The notes beneath the pieces were generated by a model, which was given only the letters and a program-made list of their open reading frames with translations, did not search any database and was not told where the DNA came from. From a virus, in UHGV virus genome UHGV-1375912: 46,159 nt of DNA; one strand, 5' to 3'. Numbering within the stretch: the first letter of the stretch is position 1; each line of letters opens with the position of its first letter. A program made the translations under genes and the position numbers. This document shows, in pieces, positions 35,070 to 45,072 of the stretch.

Positions 35070-35095
35070 AACCTCGCTTTAGCGGGGTTTTTTTA
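35070..35095 (+). terminator. Terminator CCTCGC-TTTA-GCGGGG plus T7 immediately before the tape measure start.
   Basis: GC stem followed by TTTTTTTATG. Confidence 0.55.
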
Positions 35096-35109
35096 TGCCC
35101 GGAGAAAAC

Positions 35110-37716
35110 ATGGCCGAACAACAATCACGCCTTGCGATCGTCATCGACAGCACAGGCGCTCAGCGCAATGCAGAAGGTCTGGCTGGCGCACTGGCTAAGA
35201 TGACTCAAGCCGGGCAGAAGGCCGCAGATACCGCAGGCAAAACGGCAAAGGCGACGGATCAGGAGGCTAAGTCTTTAGCTGACCTGCTGGACAGGATTGA
35301 TCCTGTTAATGCCGCGCTTAACCGCCTGGACGATCAGCAGCGACAATTAACAAAGTTTCAGGCCAAAGGCTTCATCGACTCAGACACCTTCAGCGATTAT
35401 TCAAAGAAAATTGACGAAACTCGCTCTCGCCTCAGTGGGTACGACGAACAATTAAAAAAGACTGGCATGACGTCGAAACAGATGGCCAACAACTTAAGGA
35501 TGGTTCCCGCTCAGTTTACAGACATTATTGTTAGCCTTCAGGCGGGGCAGAATCCATTCCAGGTGCTGCTCCAGCAGGGGGGTCAGCTAAAAGATATGTT
35601 TGGCGGTATCGGTCCGGCAGCAAAAGCGCTGGGCACATATGTCGCCGGTTTGGTTAACCCATTCACGGTTGCGGCCGCCGCTGCAGGCTTGCTGACTTAT
35701 GCGCTCTACCGAAACCAGCAGGAGTTAGCCGAAGCCAGTAAGTTAGTAGAATCTTCGCTTGGAGCGAGTGGCGAGGCTGCTGAAAGGCTGGCTCTCAATA
35801 TCATTTCGATTTCTGACAAGTCAGGAAAGGCTGTAGATGAAGTTGCCGCTATGTTCATCAGCACCAATGACGGTGCCAGCGAGGCAATCAGCAAGCTTAT
35901 CGATGTTGGCTATGCCTACGATGAAGCTCGCAAACTCGTCGAGTCTTATAAGGGCTCAGCTAATTTTACAGCTTTGAATAAGGATATAGATGAGCATCAG
36001 CGCAAGGTTCTCAAGCTCGGAGATGCTTGGACATCTGCCGCGATAGATGTAAAAAACTATTACACTGGAGCAAATCAGGGTAAACAGAATGTAGCATTAG
36101 GCGGCGCTATTGACCCATCCATGCGGTTCATTGATCAAGCCATTGAGCTTCAAAAGACAATGAACGCCCTGCGGATTGAGGGGAATAAAGAGGTTGCTGA
36201 GTCAGTTGGATGGATTAATAAGGAGTATCTCGCCACTGACCGAGTCGCTGGCGCAGAAGACCGCCTTAATCAAGCCAGAAAGCAAGCAAAAAGAATCGCC
36301 TTTTCAGGTGATAAAGAAGCAATCGAGAACGCCAATAAGCTGATACAGGCTCGCGAAAAGGAAGTAGAAGAGGCAAAAAAATCCAGAGACAAGCAGCCAA
36401 AAGAAAAAGCTTACTCGGAAGATGCCGGTACTCGGCTGCTTGACCAATTACGCCAGCAACAGCAGGTGCTATTAAGTCAGGCAGACACAGGAGAGAAGAT
36501 TGGCACGCAGCAACAGGCGCTGATTAAGTGGGAGCAGCAGCTTGCCGATATTAAGAGCAAGCAGACGCTTACCGCTGACCAGAAATCGCTGCTAGCCAGT
36601 GCCGATCTCATCACCTCTCAGCTGCAGCAGAACGCAGCACTTGAACGGCAGATAGAGACTCGAGAGAAGTTGCTGGCGCTGGACAAAGCTCGCGCTAACA
36701 TCACCAGAACCATCACAAACCGGCAGAGCCAGTATGCCACAGACGAGCTCTTCGCTGGCGGCGGCCTGAGTCAGAACGAGCAGCAGCAGTACACGCAGCG
36801 ACTTTCCCTAGAGCAGTCCTACAACGACAAAATCAGTCAACTTCGCCAGCAAAGGGCGTCCGCAACGACTGAGATTGCCCGCGAAGAGATTGACCAGGAA
36901 ATCCAGCTGCAGCAGCAGGCACTGCAAACGGAACTGAGCAACTACGACACCCATATCCAGCGCATGAACGAAGCCCGCGGCTCTTTTACCGCTGGCGCGA
37001 CTCGCGCATGGAAGGAGTATCAGGATAGCGCTGCGAACGTTTCTGCGATGTCTCAGCAGTTGTTCAGTAATGCTTTCGGGAACATGGAAGACGCGCTTGT
37101 TAAGTTTGCCACCACCGGCAAGGCTTCCTTTTCTGACTTCGCAAACTCAGTGCTTTCAGACATTGCGCGCATTGCCATTCGCCAGTCGCTTATTGGTATC
37201 GGCACAAGCTTTGCCGGGATGGCGGGAGGAATGTTTGGTGGCGCTGCTGCAGCTTCGTCCGGAGCAGCAGCGGCTTCTTCCGCATCATCAAGCAATGCCT
37301 TCTCCAGTGGGGCATACAGCAATCTCAAGCTTAACGCGAAGGGTGGCGTATACGATTCTCCATCCCTGAGCACTTATAGCGGTGGCGTGTATGACTCACC
37401 GAAATTCTTTGCCTTCGCTAAGGGGGCCGGTGTGTTTGGAGAGGCAGGGCCTGAAGCAATTATGCCGTTAACACGTTCATCAGACGGTTCACTGGGTGTA
37501 AGGATGGTAAATGGCGGCCAGGCTGATGCTAAGAGTGCTGGTAACACGGTTATTCACCAGACTATCCAGGTGAATGGTAATGGTGATGCAGCACTGAAGC
37601 AGGCAATGGAAGAAGCTGCGCGAAGAGGTGCTACTGATGGCGCGAAACAGGCCCGACAGGACATGCTGCAGGACTTCCAGAACAGAGGGCAGGGCCGTCG
37701 ACTGCTGGGCGTATAA
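35110..37716 (+). CDS. Tail tape measure protein.
   Basis: 868 aa, alpha-helical and Q/A-rich with a C-terminal Gly/Ala/Ser-rich region. Position after the G/GT gene. Confidence 0.85.
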   Translation: MAEQQSRLAIVIDSTGAQRNAEGLAGALAKMTQAGQKAADTAGKTAKATDQEAKSLADLLDRIDPVNAALNRLDDQQRQLTKFQAKGFIDSDTFSDYSKKIDETRSRLSGYDEQLKKTGMTSKQMANNLRMVPAQFTDIIVSLQAGQNPFQVLLQQGGQLKDMFGGIGPAAKALGTYVAGLVNPFTVAAAAAGLLTYALYRNQQELAEASKLVESSLGASGEAAERLALNIISISDKSGKAVDEVAAMFISTNDGASEAISKLIDVGYAYDEARKLVESYKGSANFTALNKDIDEHQRKVLKLGDAWTSAAIDVKNYYTGANQGKQNVALGGAIDPSMRFIDQAIELQKTMNALRIEGNKEVAESVGWINKEYLATDRVAGAEDRLNQARKQAKRIAFSGDKEAIENANKLIQAREKEVEEAKKSRDKQPKEKAYSEDAGTRLLDQLRQQQQVLLSQADTGEKIGTQQQALIKWEQQLADIKSKQTLTADQKSLLASADLITSQLQQNAALERQIETREKLLALDKARANITRTITNRQSQYATDELFAGGGLSQNEQQQYTQRLSLEQSYNDKISQLRQQRASATTEIAREEIDQEIQLQQQALQTELSNYDTHIQRMNEARGSFTAGATRAWKEYQDSAANVSAMSQQLFSNAFGNMEDALVKFATTGKASFSDFANSVLSDIARIAIRQSLIGIGTSFAGMAGGMFGGAAAASSGAAAASSASSSNAFSSGAYSNLKLNAKGGVYDSPSLSTYSGGVYDSPKFFAFAKGAGVFGEAGPEAIMPLTRSSDGSLGVRMVNGGQADAKSAGNTVIHQTIQVNGNGDAALKQAMEEAARRGATDGAKQARQDMLQDFQNRGQGRRLLGV

Positions 37717-37730
37717 GACAGGAGTAAATA

Positions 37731-38324
37731 ATGGCAGATGTACTGGAATGGCCCGGCCCCAATCCTTCCTCGCTTAACTGGCACCTCGAATCAAATACTA
37801 AAACCTTTCGCTCTCCCTTCAACGGCGCATCACAGACAGTTCGCTTCCCCGGTTCACGATGGAAGTGCACTGTTGAGTACGCGGTGCTTGAAGAAGCACA
37901 GGCCCGCAGGATTGAGGCGGTACTGGCGGCGATGGATGGTGAATATGGTCGGGTCAGGATACGGGATTGGGGGCGGGCGGGAAGAACTCCGGAAGGAACG
38001 CCTGTTGTGTCAGACCCGGACCAGACAGGAGTGGCCCTTTCTACAAATGGCTGGAAGGCAAACACGTTAGTACTTCGTGCAGGGGATTACTTTACCGTTA
38101 ACTCTGAGCTTAAAAAGGTGACAGCAGACGTGACCAGTAATGCTTCTGGCGTAGCGGTTATTTCGTTTGCCCCAATGCTGCGAACGTCTCCTGCCGCAAA
38201 CTCCCCACTGGAAGTTCAAAACCCGTGGGGGGTGTTCAAGCTTGTCGATAACTCCCAGGGCGAAATCCGGCGCGCCCCCGGACTCATCTCATCAACAACC
38301 ATCGAGTTTGAGGAGGCTTTCTGA
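37731..38324 (+). CDS. Minor tail / distal tail protein.
   Basis: First gene after the TMP. 197 aa. Confidence 0.5.
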   Translation: MADVLEWPGPNPSSLNWHLESNTKTFRSPFNGASQTVRFPGSRWKCTVEYAVLEEAQARRIEAVLAAMDGEYGRVRIRDWGRAGRTPEGTPVVSDPDQTGVALSTNGWKANTLVLRAGDYFTVNSELKKVTADVTSNASGVAVISFAPMLRTSPAANSPLEVQNPWGVFKLVDNSQGEIRRAPGLISSTTIEFEEAF

Positions 38325-38908
38325 TGATGTACTCACCGTTTTCAGACTCAATGGTTGACTGGTTATCACGTGACCGCGTGACGGTGGTTGTGGCCGCTAA
38401 CATCCAGTTCGAATCAGGAACCGCATACGTGCATTCCGGCACCGGGACGATCGTTATAAACGGATTTGTCTACTACGGCATGGGGCGGATGGGCTCGATT
38501 GATGACGTAAACGAAACGAATACGACAAGCCCGTCACAGCTGAAGATGACGTTGTCAGGTCTCGATATGTCACTTTTTGCCAAAACTCTCAATGAGAGGT
38601 GCGTAGGCCGGTCTGCAGAGATATTCCTTGTCGCGATAGACGATAACGGGCAGGTGCGGATTGCTGACCTGATTTTCCAGGGCAAGGTCTCCAGTACTGG
38701 CGCAACCGCGGGCGAAACTAACGCATTGCAGTATACCGTCAGCAATATCTTTGAGGACTGGCAGCGACCATTTCCAGACCGATTTACCGATGAATCACAT
38801 CAGTCGTCGCAGCCGGGTGACAGGATATTCCGTTACGTTGCGCAGATGTCTGAGCGGTCAATTTTCTGGGGCAGTAAAAAGGATGCGCCAGGCTTTACCT
38901 ATTCGTGA
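38324..38908 (+). CDS. Minor tail protein.
   Basis: ATGA-coupled to the upstream gene. 194 aa. Confidence 0.5.
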   Translation: MMYSPFSDSMVDWLSRDRVTVVVAANIQFESGTAYVHSGTGTIVINGFVYYGMGRMGSIDDVNETNTTSPSQLKMTLSGLDMSLFAKTLNERCVGRSAEIFLVAIDDNGQVRIADLIFQGKVSSTGATAGETNALQYTVSNIFEDWQRPFPDRFTDESHQSSQPGDRIFRYVAQMSERSIFWGSKKDAPGFTYS

Positions 38909-38914
38909 GGTTTT

Positions 38915-39313
38915 ATGAAGCACCCTGACTGGCAGAAGAGGCTTGTAACTGTAATTAAGGCCGCCGAGAAGCGGCCTTTTTCATGGGGAGAGCATGACTG
39001 CTGCCTGTTTGCCGCCGATTGCGCGCAGGCAATGTGTGGCGAAGATTTTGCCGCTGAATTCCGCGGGAAGTATGACAGCGAAACCGGAGCGAAAAAGGCG
39101 CTGCTGCGTGGCGGCGGTTCACTTGAGCGTGTTCTCTCACGCTTTCTTGAAGAGGTGAGTCCGGCATTTATACAGCGTGGAGATATCGCTGTGGTCGAGA
39201 ACGCCGGGCGCAGGTGCGCAGGGGTTTTTTATAGTGGCGCGGTATGGGTTCCGGGCGATTCAGGCCTGGTTGGATTACGCGGAAATGTATTGAGTGCATG
39301 GAGGGTTAACTGA
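38915..39313 (+). CDS. NlpC/P60-like tail-associated cell-wall peptidase (gpK-like).
   Basis: 132 aa with the conserved Cys/His region GEHDCCLFAADC...H. Position before the J-like gene. Confidence 0.45.
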   Translation: MKHPDWQKRLVTVIKAAEKRPFSWGEHDCCLFAADCAQAMCGEDFAAEFRGKYDSETGAKKALLRGGGSLERVLSRFLEEVSPAFIQRGDIAVVENAGRRCAGVFYSGAVWVPGDSGLVGLRGNVLSAWRVN

Positions 39314-41985
39314 TGCCTGCTGCTATTCCAATCGTTGCGGCTGTGGCCGGTGGTATTGCCGTTGCTAACCAGGCTTACGCCATCGCAATGGTAATCACCG
39401 TGGCCGCTCAGCTTGCCTCTCAGGCTCTGGCGAAAAAGCCCTCCATGGGTGGTTACCGGGACACCCAGGAGAGGAAGCAGGTTCTTCGCGCCGCTGCCAG
39501 TGCCAAAACAGTTATCTATGGCAAAACTCTTTCGGCCGGCACGCTCTTCTTTTCGGAAGAGCAGGAGGGTGACCAAACTGATGGAGAGCTGCTACACCTG
39601 GCCATTACACTCGCCGGCCATCCAATTACCGGCGTTGGCGCCGTTTACCTTGGCGACGATGACATTTCGACCTACGGCAGCAAGGCCTCTTATGAGGTGC
39701 ATATTGATCGCCAGATAGCAGATCCTTATCTGCTGGCAAATGCACCTTCATGGAAGGAGGACATGATTGGTAAGGGCATTAGCTGGCTTAGGGTGACGCT
39801 TCAGTTTGATGCGGAAAAATTCCCCTCTGGCATTCCCAATATTACCGTTGAGAAGCTTGGTCGAAAGGTGTATGACCCACGCACGGGCCAGACGCTTTAC
39901 AGCAACAATGCCGCTCTGTGCATCCTCGACTATTACCGCAACTACCTCAAGGTTCCTGACTCTGACATCAACTGGGATCAGTTCAAGGAAGCAGCGAACA
40001 TTTCAGACGAAAGGGTTACCAGTACCGGCAATCTGACCGAGCTTCGTTACACCATAAATGGTGAGTTCGACCTGAGCGAGAATAAGGCAAGCATCCTTGA
40101 ATCAATGCTTTCTGCATGCTCTGGAGAGGCTACTTATATAGCGGGCAAGCATGGCATTCTGGTTGGTGCTTATTACGGGCCAGCGACAGAAGAGATCACT
40201 GAAAGTCAGCTGGCGGGCGATATTGAAATCATGCCCGAGGTATCTCAGTCTGAGCGTGTGAATACTATCAAAGGCACCTTCACTGACCCGGAACAGCGAT
40301 TTGCAGAGGTGGATTTCCCTACCGTCTCTGTATCCGAATGGGTAGCTGAGGATGGCGTTGAGATTTCTCAGGACCTCAAGCTTCGCTTTGTGACCTCCGA
40401 ATTTCAGGCTCAGCGGCTGGCTGACATTAAGCTAAAGCGTACTCGCATATCCCGGACCATGAACGTTACGCTAAACCTGAGCGGATACCGTTATCGACCG
40501 GGAATGTATGTGAAGGTTAACTTTCCTTCGCTGGGGATTATCGGCGTTGAGATGCGTGTAACGGACTGGAGATTCGGCGTTCAGAATGGCGTACAACTCA
40601 CACTCAAGCAGGAAACAGCCGGGGTGTGGGGTGACGCAATTGGGCAGCCTATCGATCGCCCTCCATTCACGCAATTGCCAACTGGCGGGGTGGCTCAGCC
40701 ACAGAACCTGAAATACACCGTTGAAGAAATCGGTCAGGTAGTTCAGGGGGTGCTTTCATGGCAGAACGTGGGTCAGTATGTTTATAACCAGGTCCTTATC
40801 AGGAAAGACGGACAGCTGGTTTTATCGGTGCAGGTTCCTGGCTCATTTACCCGCCTCACCGGACTACTGCGAGACACGTACACAGCGCATGTCATAGCGG
40901 TTAACCAGATGGGCGCCCAGTCTCCTGAGGCATATCTTGAATTCAGTATCGAAGCGCCACCACCACCTTCTGCTGTGGATCAGAAGCAGGGTTATTTTTC
41001 TGTAACTCTCATCCCTCGCATCAATGAGATAACCAACGTCTCAACACAGTTCGACTTCTGGACTTCAGGCCTGACTCAGCTACCTAATGCCAACCAGTCC
41101 ACGGTGGAAGGCAATGCAAGTCGTGCCGGCATCGGAAGTAACTGGACAGCTTACGAACTGAAAATTGGCCCTACGTATTACTGGTATGTGAGGACAATAA
41201 ACGCCTTTGGAACCTCTGCGTTCGTTGAGGTGCCGGTTGTATGCAATACGGATACTGGTGAACTGATTGACTACATCGATAATCAGATCCGCAAGTCAGA
41301 AGCATTTGACCGGCTCACTTCATCCATTGATACGAGTGTTGATGCAATCCTGCAGAACGCCCTTAACCTTGATGCGTCTGTGGATCATCAGTTTGAGGCT
41401 TACGGTCGAAACCGAGCCGACATCATTACTGTCCGTCAGACCATTGCCACCAATGACAGCGCCTATGCTCAGAAATTTGAGCAGATTCAGGCCCAGTCAG
41501 ACCAGAACACTGCGTCAGTGCAACAGGTATCAAGTGCATACGCTGACCTTAGCGGCAAGCTTTCTGCTCAGTGGGGCGTGAAGGTGCAGATTGACAGGAA
41601 TGGGACTAAATATGTCGCTGGCATGCAGCTTGGGGTGGAAGGCAACGGCGGGTCCACTCAATCATTTGCACTCTTTAGCGCAGATACATTCGCAATCTAC
41701 AACACAAGTACCCTTGGCTATCAACTGGCGTTCACCGCAGTTAATGGTCAGGTGTTCATTAATGACGCGCTTATCAACTATGCCTCGATAACGCTTGCCA
41801 AAGTGGGATCATGGTACTCCGCAAACTATGTGGCTGGCAGGTCAGGAACAATTATGAGGGCTGATGGTTCTTTTGAATTATATGGAGGCTCAGGACGTTC
41901 CGGCGGAAGTGTGTTTAACGAGACAGGAATGGCTGTTTATGATGCCAATGGCGTGGAGAGATTTAAGGCGGGAAAACTAAACTGA
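39313..41985 (+). CDS. Host-specificity protein (lambda J-like central tail fibre / tip protein).
   Basis: Segments collinear with lambda J: YYWYVRTINAFGTSAFVEV versus [21 protein letters not shown], and AQWGVKVQIDRNGTKYVAGMQLGVE versus [25 protein letters not shown]. Confidence 0.75.
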   Translation: MPAAIPIVAAVAGGIAVANQAYAIAMVITVAAQLASQALAKKPSMGGYRDTQERKQVLRAAASAKTVIYGKTLSAGTLFFSEEQEGDQTDGELLHLAITLAGHPITGVGAVYLGDDDISTYGSKASYEVHIDRQIADPYLLANAPSWKEDMIGKGISWLRVTLQFDAEKFPSGIPNITVEKLGRKVYDPRTGQTLYSNNAALCILDYYRNYLKVPDSDINWDQFKEAANISDERVTSTGNLTELRYTINGEFDLSENKASILESMLSACSGEATYIAGKHGILVGAYYGPATEEITESQLAGDIEIMPEVSQSERVNTIKGTFTDPEQRFAEVDFPTVSVSEWVAEDGVEISQDLKLRFVTSEFQAQRLADIKLKRTRISRTMNVTLNLSGYRYRPGMYVKVNFPSLGIIGVEMRVTDWRFGVQNGVQLTLKQETAGVWGDAIGQPIDRPPFTQLPTGGVAQPQNLKYTVEEIGQVVQGVLSWQNVGQYVYNQVLIRKDGQLVLSVQVPGSFTRLTGLLRDTYTAHVIAVNQMGAQSPEAYLEFSIEAPPPPSAVDQKQGYFSVTLIPRINEITNVSTQFDFWTSGLTQLPNANQSTVEGNASRAGIGSNWTAYELKIGPTYYWYVRTINAFGTSAFVEVPVVCNTDTGELIDYIDNQIRKSEAFDRLTSSIDTSVDAILQNALNLDASVDHQFEAYGRNRADIITVRQTIATNDSAYAQKFEQIQAQSDQNTASVQQVSSAYADLSGKLSAQWGVKVQIDRNGTKYVAGMQLGVEGNGGSTQSFALFSADTFAIYNTSTLGYQLAFTAVNGQVFINDALINYASITLAKVGSWYSANYVAGRSGTIMRADGSFELYGGSGRSGGSVFNETGMAVYDANGVERFKAGKLN

Positions 41986-43067
41986 TGGCCGATATATACG
42001 GGGTAAGGATAACTCCAGATGATGGTGGCAAGCCGATCATACTGGACGCTTCAATGCGCTATGCGTCATATTTAGGAAGCGCATCAATGCTGGCAAATGC
42101 TGGATCAGTGGGTGGATTCAAGCCTCAGCCAGTTAACAGCAAGCCTCTGATAGTTCCGAGGAATTTGGTTCGTGTTTATCTGGGAACCAATCCGGCAGGT
42201 CCGCCCATGGCATATATCAGCAGCATTTCTTTTAACGGCAACTCCCTTGTTTACACCGCAAAATACAGGAACCCGGATAGCAATACACCGCAAGCTATTG
42301 AGGCAGGCTTTGCAGATGTATTTTCTGTCTCATATGCTGCAAACCCTTCCGTGGAATATGGAGTCAGGATCACCAATGGTTCGAATTTTATGGAGATTGG
42401 CGACATATCGTATCTTGGATTTGTAACCTACAGAGCTGTCATCAATATAAATGGCTCGTGGAGCATTCCATCCGATGTGGTGAACCTTGGAAATTACATC
42501 GTTTTTGCCCGATGGTCTAACACGGATAACCCCCTTTACCTCGATAGAGGAAGCAACGCCATAAAATCATACACGGCGTTTGGCAGCACTCAGGGTTCGA
42601 TTGAAGGTGGTACGGTAAACAATGTCCAGGTAGTCATTGTGTCGTGCGGATTTTCTCCATCACTCCCTGTTTCAGGGTATGGAATGGTTATCCGCAATGC
42701 ATCAAATCAGGTTACTTACTCAAGCAAGTATCCTCCTGTCATGTGGACCGATGCTTACTACGACATTGGAGGATATGAGAACTTTGATGGATCTACTGGA
42801 GAGGTTCAGTCCTGGGTAAACCCAACTGGTTCAGTTTCACAGCCGATGGTGCCTTTATGCAGCCTCGGCACACAGAGAGGCGATTACAGCCGCAATAATA
42901 ACTACTCCTTTCGTATATGCCTTGAGTCTGGGCTGAAGATGAATGGAAACGCTATTACTACCGCAAGAGCTAAATCTACAGGCAGGGAAATTGCAGTGTA
43001 CAACTTCCCCAAAGCGATTCAGGCGGCCTGCCAGCTTCCATGCATTGATGCCAGTTACTACTTCTGA
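41985..43067 (+). CDS. Distal tail protein of unknown function (possible receptor-binding accessory). Lower GC.
   Basis: 360 aa. ATGA-coupled to the J-like gene. Confidence 0.5.
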   Translation: MADIYGVRITPDDGGKPIILDASMRYASYLGSASMLANAGSVGGFKPQPVNSKPLIVPRNLVRVYLGTNPAGPPMAYISSISFNGNSLVYTAKYRNPDSNTPQAIEAGFADVFSVSYAANPSVEYGVRITNGSNFMEIGDISYLGFVTYRAVININGSWSIPSDVVNLGNYIVFARWSNTDNPLYLDRGSNAIKSYTAFGSTQGSIEGGTVNNVQVVIVSCGFSPSLPVSGYGMVIRNASNQVTYSSKYPPVMWTDAYYDIGGYENFDGSTGEVQSWVNPTGSVSQPMVPLCSLGTQRGDYSRNNNYSFRICLESGLKMNGNAITTARAKSTGREIAVYNFPKAIQAACQLPCIDASYYF

Positions 43068-43129
43068 AAAAACACATAAACCAATGAACCCGGCCAACTC
43101 GCCGGGTTTTTTATTGCCCGGAGAAAGCT

Positions 43130-44308
43130 ATGCCAGCAGGCACTATTGCACTAACCAACAACTCAACAGCAGTTACCGGCTCAGGCACTAATTTTTCCTC
43201 TGAGCTGAAGGCTAACGATTTTATTGTCACCGTTGTAGGCGGCGTGACTTACACACTTGGCGTGCAGTCAGTTAACTCAGCCACAAGCGTGACACTGACT
43301 ACGGCATACAATGGGCCGACAACGTCAGGGCTGGCATGGACGGCGGTTCCCAATGCGGCGCTGGTTGGGATTACTGCTCAGGTAGCAGCTGATGTCGCAA
43401 GAGCAATACGCGGACTTAATCTCGATAAGGCGAACTGGCAAAAGATTTATAGCAATGATCCGTCCGTTACCGTGACCCTGCCAGGCATGAGTAGCTTCAC
43501 GGGTCCAAGTTGGGGTTATTTAGCTGGGCAGGTTAATGGTAAACTATCAACAGACTCAGCAACGCTACGTAAACTCTTTACTTCTGCCTTCGTAAATCCC
43601 GGAGATAATTGGGCTTACCCAGGTGTAGCCACATATAATAACAATTTGTGGGGAAGCCCTAGCCAGTGGGGAACAGTTCTTACGCTATCAAATCAGGATG
43701 TAAGCGGGAATGGGGCTGAAGGGCGTTGGTATAGCTATATTCAAATTGATACATTGGGTAATTTCACAATTGCTGCAAATATCAATAATACATTCTTTGG
43801 AGCTTACCGCGTCTGGACTACGAAAAACACTACGGTGGACGGATCTGGTTTTATTAAGCGCGCATCACCAATTGTGCGTCTGACGGCAAGCGTAGAAATT
43901 ATGAGTGATGAATTTACTGACAATTTCAATATTGCTGGCAGCGGCGCGGTCAATGAAGAGGCCGAGGGAGTTATAATCGAAAAACTTGGTGAAGGTAATT
44001 ATCGCATTTCTGGTTCCGATGGCCTTGCAAAAGACGGGTGGCAGATAGAGGTTCCAAAAGACATCAATGGTAACCGGTTGTGCTTCGTTGAGGTCACCGA
44101 GGGGCTAACCGGCATTCTGATTAAAGTATTCAAGCCAAAACTTGACCTTGAGACGGGAGGCATAGTTGCCGGTGAGAAGTATGATATTCCAGATGGGCGC
44201 TGGGTTGATGTACGGTTAGAGATGCCTTCAACATCAATTTACAACGTCAGACATCAGAAAGCTGCCAGTCAAATACAAGCTTCTCAGTCAGGAGAGGTAA
44301 AGCCCTAA
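43130..44308 (+). CDS. Tail fibre protein.
   Basis: 392 aa. The N-terminus MPAGTIALTNNSTAVTGSGTNF is typical of fibre shaft starts. Low GC. Confidence 0.55.
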   Translation: MPAGTIALTNNSTAVTGSGTNFSSELKANDFIVTVVGGVTYTLGVQSVNSATSVTLTTAYNGPTTSGLAWTAVPNAALVGITAQVAADVARAIRGLNLDKANWQKIYSNDPSVTVTLPGMSSFTGPSWGYLAGQVNGKLSTDSATLRKLFTSAFVNPGDNWAYPGVATYNNNLWGSPSQWGTVLTLSNQDVSGNGAEGRWYSYIQIDTLGNFTIAANINNTFFGAYRVWTTKNTTVDGSGFIKRASPIVRLTASVEIMSDEFTDNFNIAGSGAVNEEAEGVIIEKLGEGNYRISGSDGLAKDGWQIEVPKDINGNRLCFVEVTEGLTGILIKVFKPKLDLETGGIVAGEKYDIPDGRWVDVRLEMPSTSIYNVRHQKAASQIQASQSGEVKP

Positions 44309-44482
44309 AAAAACCCGGCGACGGGGCAGAGCGGACCGCTCCTATCTCAGCAGGCTGCGCGGTGTGTGATAAGAGTTGGCTCTCCCGGAGGCGGCTACAG
44401 GTGGCAGCCAAGAAAAAAGCCCGGCGACCGGGCAATGACTCAGCCGCTCCTGTCTGAGCAGGTTGCGGGGTGGGTAATTTGA
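44308..44482. repeat. Two ~70-bp direct repeats, each starting with a GC hairpin (CCCGGCGACGGGG / GCCCGGCGACCGGGC) preceded by an A-run and followed by CCGCTCCT(A/G)TCT(C/G)AGCAGG.
   Basis: Alignment of 44308-44375 with 44413-44482. Terminator-like on the minus strand. Confidence 0.5.
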
Positions 44483-44761
44483 GATTAGTCATCACAGAAA
44501 CGGCGGGCAAAAAAATACCCGCCCCCCAATGAACAGGGCAGGTACAAAGTGAGGTGAAGCGCTAGAGCGCGCATGGGTGCTCTGTTGTTATCGGCCTCTC
44601 TACAGTGCACACAAGAAGGGAGTGGGGTGGATTTCCCTTCTTGCGTCAGATTGGCAGAACTATCCGTTTCCACCTATCTTCAGAAAGTCTATTGATAATG
44701 AATTCAACAACAAGCGTAAGCGGTAAGTTTTTTTGGTGTAGTGCTGCTGAACGTGTGACAC

Positions 44762-44790
44762 AAAAAACCCGGCGCGGTGGCCGGGTTAAA
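44762..44790 (-). terminator. Terminator for the minus-strand cargo gene. The hairpin AAAAACCCGGCGCGGTGGCCGG is 22 bp identical to 8736-8757.
   Basis: The minus strand reads CCCGGCCACCGCGCCGGGTTTTTTGTG immediately after the 44794 stop. Confidence 0.55.
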
Positions 44791-44793
44791 AGG

Positions 44794-45072
44794 TTAAGCA
44801 ACACTTCGCAGCTTTAAGCCATCATCGTAGCCCATAAGGTATGCTGTGAAGGCATCCTTATGGCGAACATAGCTTGCTTGGCTTTCGGCCAGTTCGCTGA
44901 GCACTCCATCATCGGTAGACTTAGGAACGCCAATCATCGCGTGCCATTTCCCCAAATCATACGCACATCCTGCGCATTTGTGGCGCCCCGTTTGGCCTTG
45001 ATTCTCTGGAAGAACCTCGAACATTTGGTTGCGGCGATGACTTTGTTTGCAGATTTGTTTCATAAAGCGCAC
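44794..45072 (-). CDS. Hypothetical cargo protein (92 aa) on the opposite strand beyond the tail fibres.
   Basis: Own terminator. AT-rich upstream region. Confidence 0.45.
   Translation of the reverse strand: MRFMKQICKQSHRRNQMFEVLPENQGQTGRHKCAGCAYDLGKWHAMIGVPKSTDDGVLSELAESQASYVRHKDAFTAYLMGYDDGLKLRSVA

Noticed and set aside
44309-44800. Looked for a tRNA, tmRNA or CRISPR array in the ORF-free repeat region.
   Set aside because: No cloverleaf-compatible sequence or T-loop consensus was seen. The repeats are two ~70-bp units with different 'spacers', not a CRISPR array.
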